64,000 bases of DNA from Octopus vulgaris (taxonomy: Eukaryota), in assembly GCA_951406725.2 (NCBI GenBank), contig OX597819.1, positions 107,942,001 through 108,006,000 on the forward strand, given 5' to 3'. Of this stretch, positions 24,135 through 36,407 are shown in pieces (position 1 is the first letter of the stretch; every line of letters begins with the position of its first letter). Below the pieces are notes generated by a model. It searched no databases. It had not been told where the DNA came from and saw only the letters and a list, made by a program, of their open reading frames with translations. Made by a program: the position numbers and the translations under genes.

Positions 24135-27040
24135 TTTTCACACATACATAAACACTCAAAAGAAAACCGAACAATTCTTAGCACGTGGATATCAAACATT
24201 TAAAAAAAATTATGAATAGAAATGAAATCCATACATTCAAGTATAAATATAACTATACAAACCCTAACACAATACACACAAATACACACACATATATACA
24301 CACACCCACAAACATAACCATATACACACTCACACATACATATACATACGTACAAGTCCCGATACAAACAAACTTTAATAAAACGACCATGAAAAACGAA
24401 AACTCATATATATTAATATATATATAAAAGAGTGTGTACACGCAGACGGGTCCAATCACACGCACATTCAAAACTTACATATATACAAGTGCATAAATAA
24501 TCACACCCAATTACATAGCACTCATACACTCCCACATCTACACTTACACTTGTACACTCTCACACATACATACACACCCATACCCACATACAAAAAATTC
24601 TTAGTAAAATAATCATGATAAATAAAATCCATACATACAAGTATAAATATAAAGATACAACCCATTACACAATACACATAAATACACACACATATATACA
24701 CACACCCACAAACATAACCATATACACACTCACACATACAAATAATACGTACAAAACTCGATACAATCAAATACACACACGCACACAAATTCACACATAC
24801 ATAAACATACAAAAGAAAACAACATCTCTACACATAATACGATATATAAAATACTCCATAAGAAATCAGATTATCATAAGTAACAAGATTAACAAAGGAG
24901 AAATATACATACCTTCTAATCAGTATCAAATTTTGAAGTGAATAACTTTATCCGTTATTACAATAAACAAAAATTGCGTTACCATGGAACCGAACATATA
25001 AAAATTATTAGCGCCGCGTAAAACAGCGTCTTTAAAATTATGAATGGAATATAAAATTCTTAGCGCGTAATAAACAAACGTAAATTAAAAAATTATGAAT
25101 GGATATACAAAACTTTCTACAAATTCTTTAAAAAAACCATAAAAAACGAAAACTCATATAGATATTAATATATATATTAAAAAAATGAATGTGTACACGC
25201 AGACGGGTGCAATCACACGGACATTCAAAACTTGCATGTATACAAGTACATAAATAATCACACTCAATTACATAGCACTCATACACTACCGCATCTATAC
25301 TTACACTTTTACACACGCACACATACATACACACCCATACCTACATACAAAATACTTATTAAACTAATCATGATAATGAAGTCTATACATACAAATATAA
25401 AGATAAAGATAAAACCCCATTCATACACAATACACACAAATACACACACATATATACACACACACAAACATAACCATATACACACTCACACATACATATA
25501 CATACGTACAAACTCAATATATACACTAATATTCATTCACACACTCAATAAAATATTAAGTAAATACAAAACAAAGAAATACCAATTAAATACTAGCTAT
25601 AATTAAAGTCTAAACTATATAACTAAAAATATATATATGGTACTCTAAACTAAAAACAAATTAATCTACAGTAACCTTTAATAGGGGGCTATTAATTTTA
25701 TTAATTTATATATCATTTATGAATGAAATCCATACATACAAGTATAAATATAACTATACAACCCCTAACACAATACACACAAATACACACACATATATAC
25801 ACACCCCCACAAACATAACCTTATACACACTCACACATACATATACATACGTACAAATCTCGATACAAACAAACTTTAATAAAACGACCATGATAAACGA
25901 AAACTCATATATATATATTAAAATATATATAAAAGAGTGTGTACACGCAGACGGGTGCAATCACACGCACATTCAAAACTTACATGTATACAAGTGCATA
26001 AATAATCACACCCAATTACATAGCACTCATACACTCCCACATCTACACTAACACTTATACACACTCACACATACATACACACCCATACCTACATACAAAA
26101 ATTCTTATTAAAATAATCATGATAAATAAAATCCATACATACAAGTATAAATATAAAGATACAACCCCTTACACAATACACACAAATACACACACATATA
26201 TACACACACCCTCAAACATAACCATATACTCACTCACACATACAAATACATACGTACAAAACTCGATACAAGCAAAAACGCACACACACACACATTCACA
26301 CATACATAAACACACAAAAGAAAAACAACATTTCTACACATAATATGAATGGAATATACAAAACTTTCTACAATTCTTTAAAAAAACCATAAAAACTAAA
26401 ACTCAAATAGATATTAATATATATATATATAAAAATGAGTGTGTACACGCAGACGGGTGCAATCACACAGACATTCAAAACTTGCATGTATACAATTGCA
26501 TAAATAATTACACTCAATTACATAGCACTCATACACTACCGCATCTATACTTACACTTGTACACACGCACACCTACATACACACCCATACCTTTATGCAA
26601 AATACTTATTAAACTAATCATGATAATGAAGTCCATACATACAAATAAAAAGATAAAGATAAAACCCCTTTCATACACAATACACACAAATACACACACA
26701 TATATACACACACCCACAAACATAACCAAATACACACTCACACATACATATACTTACGTACAAACTCGATATATACACTATTATTCATTCCCACACTCAA
26801 TAAAATATTAATTAAATACAAAACAAAGAAATACCAATTAAATACTAACTATAATAAAAGCCTAAACTATAAAACTATAAATATATACTTGGTACTCTAA
26901 ACTAGAAACAAATTAAACTAAAATAACCTATAATAGGGGGCTATTAATTTTATTTATCAGGGAACCTATTATATAGGTAAAGTAATCTATGTCTACATTT
27001 TATTTTACGCTCTTCACCTATATTAAGTAAATTATCATAC

Positions 27041-27848
27041 TTATAAAATAAAAATTTCTTTAAACTCATTAGAGCATAAATAACAACAATTCGCTCCTAT
27101 AGTATATGATTTAGTTTTACAAATTATTTCCCAATTAAAACTATAATTAATATTTTGTGATTTAATTCTCCAAATGTACTTACTAAGTCCAGTGGAGTTG
27201 ATTAAGTTTTTATTTTTAAAAGAATTCATATGTTGTGCGATTCTTAATTTTATTTTAGAGGAAGTAGACCCTATATAAACCGCTGTTGGGTAATTATTCT
27301 TCTTAAAGTTATTATCATGTAATGTAACTATACATTTATACACTACATCTTTAATATCACATTTATTATTTAATTTACATTTAGATTTATCTCTACAAGT
27401 ACAATTAATATATGTCTTATCCTTATTAATATTATCAAATAATTTATTTTTATAAAAATTATTCAGTTTAAATTTATTAAATGAAGAAATAATGTTACCT
27501 ACATTATTAGTAGTGGAATAACCTACTCCAAAATTATCACTAGAGAAAATATTTTTATATTTACGATTATCTCTAATAAATAGTTCTATAATATCCAAAA
27601 TCTCTTTGATAATATTCGTTTTTACTTGATCACCATAAGGAACTATTAACCAAATTTTATTCTTATTCACCTTATTATAATTGTCAGTATTATAATTATT
27701 AAATTTAGAATTCTTCATATTATCAAAATTATTATCAGAATTATATTTATATACAGCATTTAAGGAATTATTAATGTTATTAATTTTATCCATATTATTA
27801 TTATTATTATTATTCAATTTATTTTTATTTTTATTTTTATTTTTATTA

Positions 27849-27910
<62 letters not shown>

Positions 27911-29491
27911 TTTATTTTTATTATTTTTATTTTTATTTTTTATTTTATAATTTCTAATATTTATACCACTAATACCAACAAAATTATAATTATTATTATA
28001 ATTATCTCGAAAATTATTTAAATCTATATCATCAATATTATAAAATTTAATATTCCTATTATAACCTGCCCCTCTAAGGGCCTCATTATAATAAGTGGCA
28101 TGTCTATTAAAAATCTCTATATCATAAGAGAGTAATGAAATACGTTTACTTATATTATTAATCAACGAATTTTTAATAGAATTTGGGTGATTACTATTAA
28201 CATTTATATACCTAAGGTTCTCATTAATTTTATGATATGGTTGTGTTTTACCTGTAATTAGATTAAAATTAACATCTAGATAATTAACATTATAATTCTC
28301 CTTATATATAGTAATACTTAAACCATATCTTTTAAAGAAACTATATAGTTTTTTCTTATATACTTCTAGATTCCTTTTAGTACAATTCTTTGTAATTAGT
28401 AGAAGATCATCTCTATATAAACCACCCTCTATCTTAAGATTTTCTAATTGGAGTTCAGATAAAAGATAAATACCTACTAAATCAGTAGCTTGTGCAGAAT
28501 CTGGTGCTCCCATAGGTATATCAAAACAATCCCTAGTATCATTCCTAGCCCATAATTTATTTTTATATTTAATGAGCGATTTCCTAGCCATTTTAATTAC
28601 ATTAACTTCTTCACGTGACATTCCAACTTTATTCATTGCGAAAATAAGTGCTTTATTAAACACAATTTCATTAATAGAAGAATAATAATTATCTAAATCT
28701 ATTTGAATAAATTTAAAACGATTTTTATCTTTAATATTATTAAACCATCTCAATGTATTGTTATTACTAAACCATAATTTCAAATAATTAAGTTTATTTA
28801 ATTTATTGATATATTTATCTAAAATAAATTTACTTAATTTACCTAAGTCAGATTTACATGGGCAAATTAATCTAACTTTAGGGTCTGAATAAAAATTATC
28901 TTTATGGTCTTTAAGAGTAATTCTGGGGTTCAAAGGTACATATGGTTCAGTTTTATTATCCAATTCATATTTTAACATTACTAATTTAGAGGCCTTATTA
29001 ATATTATAAAGTATATCATCTGGAACAATTTTATATTTTTTAATTATTTCTTTCCCTAAAAGTTTATCATATAAATTAACATCTAATTTATATAAATTCC
29101 TAGTTTTATCAGATTGTACTATAATACCATCCATATTTCTCATATCTTTAATTTTAATTGCTAAGTTTCTTAAATATTCATTATTTCTATTTGGGTATTT
29201 ATAGAATTCAATATTTTTTACTACCTTCCATATATTATCTTCTAGTAATTGTAATTCTTTATTAAATGGAGGTTCCTTTCTAGATTTAAATTTAGAGGTA
29301 AAAATATCATTCCTACTATCATTATCATTAAATAAATAAAAATTATAGTAATAAGATTTCCATTTAATTCTAGAAATAAAATCTTTAACATTATTAATAA
29401 GTTTCAAAATAAATTCCTTTCTAGAAGGTATAGGAATATCTTTCAAAGATGAATCCCAAAACAGTGGTTCTATCTTACCTGTAAATTCCAT
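27041..29491 (-). CDS. Penelope-like RT + C-terminal GIY-YIG endonuclease, 816 aa; C-terminus apparently frameshifted
   Basis: SDKT (DKG-type motif), PKVRLI, IDLDNYYSSI, IPMGAPDS, YRDDLL, NYLDV and SNHP. EN motifs CTCRDKSKC, VVYKC..VYIGST, RIAQH and CYLCSNE. Confidence 0.92.
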
Positions 29492-29721
29492 AATTACGAA
29501 ATTGAGGTATTACACTCAATATACAAAATTATCAATATATTAAATAATAATAAATATTAGGGAATGAATCCAAAATTACAGGGAAAAATCAGATTTAGGG
29601 TTAAATCCAATTTTATAGTAAAATATTATATAATATAATTCGAGACAAAACCACTATTTTAAAACCAAACAAGGAAAGACTTAATCAATACATAAAATTT
29701 TAATATAAATTAAATAAACCG

Positions 29722-29764
29722 CCACTACAAATGTTTCATGTCTGCTCCGACAATCTTCAGGTGG
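29722..29764 (-). ncRNA. Minimal type I hammerhead ribozyme (upstream pLTR)
   Basis: Same sequence as 23555-23597, ~230 nt upstream of the ORF ATG. Confidence 0.8.
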
Positions 29765-30257
29765 ATTTTCGATCTAAAAATAGCAATATTTTAAAATATA
29801 ATTTAAAATAATTTCAAATATTAAAACAATAAAATTATCAATGAAAGAATGTAAAAAAATAAAAATATAATCTATATATAATCTATATATAATCTATATA
29901 TAATCAATATATAATCTAAAATAATCTAAAATAAACCCTATAAACAATTGAATATAAAAACCTATTATAAAAGTTCTCATATTTAAAAATGTACAAAAAC
30001 CAAAGAACAACAAGCAAAAAACAAAAACCAAAACCTAAAAACAAAAAACAAAAAATAAACTATATATACACATACATGCTCATACACTCAACACATTACT
30101 TATTCATACTTCCTCACACACACATACAACACTCAATTCATAAACAATATACATATACCCGCTCACACATACATATACATACACATACATACAGAACACG
30201 ATATATACCAATATATAAACACCCACACCCATACAGATAAATAAATTACGCAAACAA

Positions 30258-30289
<32 letters not shown>

Positions 30290-31026
30290 TTTCACACATA
30301 CATAAACACTCAAAAGAAAACCGAACAATTCTTAGCACGTGGATATCAAACATTTAAAAAAAATTATGAATGGAAATTAAATCCATACATTCAAGTATAA
30401 ATATAACTATACAAACCCTAACACAATACACACAAATACACACACACATATATACACACACCCACAAACATAACCATATACACACTCACACATACATATA
30501 CATACGTACAAGTCCCGATACAAACAAACTTTAATAAAACGACCATGAAAAACGAAAACTCATATATATTAATATATATATAAAAGAGTGTGTACACGCA
30601 GACGGGTCCAATCACACGCACATTCAAAACTTACATGTATACAAGTGCATAAATAATCACACCCATTACATAGCGCTCATACACTCCCACATCTACACTT
30701 ACACTTGTACACTCTCACACATACATACACACCCATACCTACATACAAAAAATTCTTAGTAAAATAATCATGATAAATAAAATCCATACATACAAGTATA
30801 AATATAAAGATACAACCCATTACACAATACACATAAATACACACACATATATACACACACCCACAAACATAACCATATACACACTCACACATACAAATAA
30901 TACGTACAAAACTCGATACAATCAAATACACACACGCACAAAAATTCACACATACATAAACATCCAAAAGAAAACAACATCTCTACACATAATACGATAT
31001 ATAAAATACTCCATAAGAAATCAGAT

Positions 31027-34000
31027 TAATAAATGTGATATTAAAGATGTAGTGTATAAATGTATAGTTACATTACATGATAATAACTTTAAGAAGAATA
31101 ATTACCCAAAAGCGGTTTATATAGGGTCTACTTCCTCTAAAATAAAATTAAGAATCGCACAACATATGAATTCTTTTAGAAATAAAAACTTAATCAACTC
31201 CACTGGACTTAGTAAGTACATTTGGAGAATTAAATCACAAAATATTAATTATAGTTTTAATTGGGAAATAATTTGTAAAACTAAATCATATACTATAGGA
31301 GCGAATTGTTGTTATTTATGCTCTAATGAGTTTAAAGAAATTTTTATTTTATAAGTATGATAATTTACTTAATATAGGTGAAGAGCGTAAAATAAAATGT
31401 AGACATAGATTACTTTACCTATATAATAGGTTCCCTGATAAATAAAATTAATAGCCCCCTATTATAGGTTATTTTAGTTTAATTTGTTTCTAGTTTAGAG
31501 TACCAAGTATATATTTATAGTTTTATAGTTTAGGCTTTTATTATAGTTAGTATTTAATTGGTATTTCTTTGTTTTGTATTTAATTAATATTTTATTGAGT
31601 GTGGGAATGAATAATAGTGTATATATCGAGTTTGTACGTAAGTATATGTATGTGTGAGTGTGTATTTGGTTATGTTTGTGGGTGTGTGTATATATGTGTG
31701 TGTATTTGTGTGTATTGTGTATGAAAGGGGTTTTATCTTTATCTTTTTATTTGTATGTATGGACTTCATTATCATGATTAGTTTAATAAGTATTTTGCAT
31801 AAAGGTATGGGTGTGTATGTAGGTGTGCGTGTGTACAAGTGTAAGTATAGATGCGGTAGTGTATGAGTGCTATGTAATTGAGTGTAATTATTTATGCAAT
31901 TGTATACATGCAAGTTTTGAATGTCTGTGTGATTGCACCCGTCTGCGTGTACACACTCATTTTTATATATATATATATTAATATCTATTTGAGTTTTAGT
32001 TTTTATGGTTTTTTTAAAGAATTGTAGAAAGTTTTGTATATTCCATTCATATTATGTGTAGAAATGTTGTTTTTCTTTTGTATGTTTATGTATGTGTGAA
32101 TGTGTGTGTGTGTGTGCGTTTTTGCTTGTATCGAGTTTTGTACGTATGTATTTGTATGTGTGAGTGAGTATATGGTTATGTTTGAGGGTGTGTGTATATA
32201 TGTGTGTATTTGTGTGTATTGTGTAAGGGGTTGTATCTTTATATTTATACTTGTATGTATGGATTTTATTTATCATGATTATTTTAATAAGAATTTTTGT
32301 ATGCAGGTATGGGTGTGTATGTATGTGTGAGTGTGTATAAGTGTTAGTGTAGATGTGGGAGTGTATGAGTGCTATGTAATTGGGTGTGATTATTTATGCA
32401 CTTGTATACATGTAAGTTTTGAATGTGCGTGTGATTGCACCCGTCTGCGTGTACACACTCTTTTATATATATTTTAATATATATATATGAGTTTTCGTTT
32501 ATCATGGTCGTTTTATTAAAGTTTGTTTGTATCGAGATTTGTACGTATGTATATGTATGTGTGAGTGTGTATAAGGTTATGTTTGTGGGTGTGTGTATAT
32601 ATGTGTGTGTATTTGTGTGTATTGTGTTAGGGGTTGTATAGTTATATTTATACTTGTATGTATGGATTTCATTCATAAATGATATATAAATTAATAAAAT
32701 TAATAGCCCCCTATTAAAGGTTACTGTAGATTAATTTGTTTTTAGTTTAGAGTACCATATATATATTTTTAGTTATATAGTTTAGACTTTAATTATAGCT
32801 AGTATTTAATTGGTATTTCTTTGTTTTGTATTTACTTAATATTTTATTGAGTGTGTGAATGAATATTAGTGTATATATTGAGTTTGTACGTATGTATATG
32901 TATGTGTGAGTGTGTATATGGTTATGTTTGTGTGTGTGTATATATGTGTGTGTATTTGTGTGTATTGTGTATGAATGGGGTTTTATCTTTATCTTTATAT
33001 TTGTATGTATAGACTTCATTATCATGATTAGTTTAATAAGTATTTTGTATGTAGGTATGGGTGTGTATGTATGTGTGCGTGTGTAAAAGTGTAAGTATAG
33101 ATGCGGTAGTGTATGAGTGCTATGTAATTGAGTGTGATTATTTATGTACTTGTATACATGCAAGTTTTGAATGTCCGTGTGATTGCACCCGTCTGCGTGT
33201 ACACATTCATTTTTTTTAATATATATATTAATATCTATATGAGTTTTCGTTTTTTATGGTTTTTTTAAAGAATTTGTAGAAAGTTTTGTATATCCATTCA
33301 TAATTTTTTAATTTACGTTTGTTTATTACGCGCTAAGAATTTTATATTCCATTCATAATTTTAAAGACGCTGTTTTACGCGGCGCTAATAATTTTTATAT
33401 GTTCGGTTCCATGGTAACGCAATTTTTGTTTATTGTAATAACGGATAAAGTTATTCACTTCAAAATTTGATACTGATTAGAAGGTATGTATATTTCTCCT
33501 TTGTTAATCTTGTTACTTATGATAATCTGATTTCTTATGGAGTATTTTATATATCGTATTATGTGTAGAGATGTTGTTTTCTTTTGTATGTTTATGTATG
33601 TGTGAATTTGTGTGCGTGTGTGTATTTGATTGTATCGAGTTTTGTACGTATTATTTGTATGTGTGAGTGTGTATATGGTTATGTTTGTGGGTGTGTGTAT
33701 ATATGTGTGTGTATTTATGTGTATTGTGTAATGGGTTGTATCTTTATATTTATACTTGTATGTATGGATTTTATTTATCATGATTATTTTACTAAGAATT
33801 TTTTGTATGTGGGTATGGGTGTGTATGTATGTGTGAGAGTGTACAAGTGTAAGTGTAGATGTGGGAGTGTATGAGTGCTATGTAATTGGGTGTGATTATT
33901 TATGCACTTGTATATATGTAAGTTTTGAATGTGCGTGTGATTGGACCCGTCTGCGTGTACACACTCTTTTATATATATATTAATATATATGAGTTTTCGT

Positions 34001-34258
34001 TTTTCATGGTCGTTTTATTAAAGTTTGTTTGTATCGGGACTTGTACGTATGTATATGTATGTGTGAGTGTGTATATGGTTATGTTTGTGGGTGTGTGTAT
34101 ATATGTGTGTGTATTTGTGTGTATTGTGTTAGGGTTTGTATAGTTATATTTATACTTGAATGTATGGATTTCATTTCTATTCATAATTTTTTTTAAATGT
34201 TTGATATCCACGTGCTAAGAATTGTTCGGTTTTCTTTTGAGTGTTTATGTATGTGTGA

Positions 34259-34298
<40 letters not shown>

Positions 34299-34936
34299 TT
34301 GTTTGAGTAATTTATTTATCTGTATGGGTGTGGGTGTTTATATATTGGTATATATCGTGTTCTGTATGTATGTGTATGTATATGTATGTGTGAGCGGGTA
34401 TATGTATATTGTTTATGAATTGAGTGTTGTATGTGTGTGTGAGGAAGTATGAATAAGTAATGTGTTGAGTGTATGAGCATGTATGTGTATATATAGTTTA
34501 TTTTTTGTTTTTTGTTTTTTGTTTTTAGGTTTTGGTTTTTGTTTCTTGCTTGTTGTTTTTTGGTTTTTGTACATTTTTAAATATGAGAACTTTTATAATA
34601 GGTTTTTATATTCAATTGTTTATAGGGTTTATTTTAGATTATTTTAGATTATATATTGATTATATATAGATTATATATAGATTATATATAGATTATATTT
34701 TTATTTTTTTACATTCTTTCATTGATAATTTTATTGTTTTAATATTTGAAATTATTTTAAATTATATTTTAAAATATTGCTATTTTTAGATCGAAAATCC
34801 ACCTGAAGATTGTCGGAGCAGACATGAAACATTTGTAGTGGCGGTTTATTTAATTTATATTAAAATTTTATGTATTGATTAAGTCTTTCCTTGTTTGGTT
34901 TTAAAATAGTGGTTTTGTCTCGAATTATATTATATA
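31027..34936 (+). mobile_element. Inverted 5'-truncated Penelope copy (GIY-YIG coding part + whole 3'UTR)
   Basis: Reverse complement of 23460-27368. Encodes NKCDIKDVVYKC...EFKEIFIL. Confidence 0.93.
34799..34841 (+). ncRNA. Minimal type I hammerhead ribozyme (inverted copy)
   Basis: CCACCTGAAGATTGTCGGAGCAGACATGAAACATTTGTAGTGG read directly on +. Confidence 0.8.
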
Positions 34937-35399
34937 TATATATATATATATATACTACACTCTCGGAGTGGTTGGCGTTAGGAAGGGCATCCAGCTGTAG
35001 AAACACTGCCAGATCTGACTGGCCTGGTGCAGCCTTCGGGCTCCCCAGACCCCAGTTGAACCGTCCAACCCATGGAAAACGGACGCTAAATGATGATGAT
35101 GATGATGATGATGATGATATATATATTAATAAATGAAATAAAACATATGCATATATATAAACATATATGTACGTACCTACCTCTACATGTACATATACAC
35201 GCATATATGAGTACAGGACACCAAAGGGACGTCGAACACAAAGAGAAACGAAAACATAGACACAAACCAAAGGAACAGGAGATTTTTTTAAAAACAACAG
35301 AAAATGGAGTACAGGACAATTAAGACAACGAAAAAACCCCTTCTTCAGTCGCTAAGGTTTCATCTACTCTACGTTTCGAAGGATAAATCCTGTGTCAGT

Positions 35400-35824
35400 G
35401 GTTTAAATGATTTCTTTTGTGAATGAGTGCCTGTGTGTGTGACTGTATATAACTGTCTTAATGTGTGTATGTGTGTGTCTGAATGCGTGATTGTGTTTGT
35501 GGATGGGTAGATGTCAGAAAACTGACAGCTGTGAGTTGAAAGGTCTGTATCTGTGTGTTCGATTATGTTTATTGTAGGGAAAGGAAAGTAGATAGCCTCT
35601 CACCTCGCCCGATTCTTTCTCCCTTTCGCTATCTACTTTCTTTTCCCTACAGTAAACATAATCGAACACACAGATACAGACCTTTCAACTCACAGCTGTC
35701 AGTTTTCTGACATCTACCCATCCACAAACACAATCACGCATTCAGACACACACATACACACATTAAGACAGTTATATACAGTCACACACACAGGCACTCA
35801 TTCACAAAAGAAATCATTTAAACC
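35400..35824. repeat. Mirror copy of the 197-bp hairpin
   Basis: Reverse complement of 22574-22998. Confidence 0.9.
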
Positions 35825-36021
35825 CACCATTCTTTTGACCTGCACTCTCTCACCTTACTATTCTTATGCCTCCCTCCTCCTACTTCGTTTGAACTCTTGA
35901 ACCTTTAGAAACTTCTAGATTCTTCTACATTCAGCCACTCTGACGTCACTCATTATAAAGTAACACTCCTTGAGAGCGGTCAGCTAAAAGTTTTTTGTGC
36001 ATTTTGATGTCGACATAAGTT

Positions 36022-36116
36022 CCTTGATTTTCCTGATGAGAAATCTGCATAATGTACTCCTTATTCCTTCGGAATTAGGAATATGCAGCCTTCGAAACAT
36101 ATGTCGAGAATAAAGG
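36022..36116 (+). ncRNA. Type I hammerhead ribozyme with extended stem II (mirror copy)
   Basis: CTGATGA at 36033-36039, GAAA at 36094-36097, GTC at 36103-36105. Confidence 0.8.
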
Positions 36117-36315
36117 ATATTTGTTAACTAGTTGTTCAACTCCATTCTTTCATATACTGATAATTTTTAAAATAAACATAGAAATTTCCGCACGAAGACA
36201 CGTAGTCTATGCCCTAGGGACGTAGCTTCAACCATGTTCTTTCTGATGTGAATTTGCTACCCAGGTATCGGTTATCTTTCGAATTATCCTTAATAAGATA
36301 ATTCATTCAATTACT

Positions 36316-36388
<73 letters not shown>

Positions 36389-36407
36389 ATATGTACATAC
36401 ATACATA

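Larger units (their letters stand above)
23460..31028 (-). mobile_element. Penelope-like element: upstream pseudo-LTR (29627-31028) + ORF + 3.6-kb 3'UTR ending in downstream pseudo-LTR (23460-24873)
   Basis: The ~1.4-kb direct repeat has an offset of 6167 bp (ATTCGAGAC at 23471 and 29638). RT + GIY-YIG ORF, a hammerhead in each repeat, and the 3' end abuts (TA)n. Confidence 0.93.

Noticed and set aside
23944-26811. His/Thr/Tyr-rich and Val/Cys-rich ORFs (and their mirrors at 30104-34452)
   Set aside because: They are artefacts of CA/TG-rich simple sequence in the Penelope UTR.
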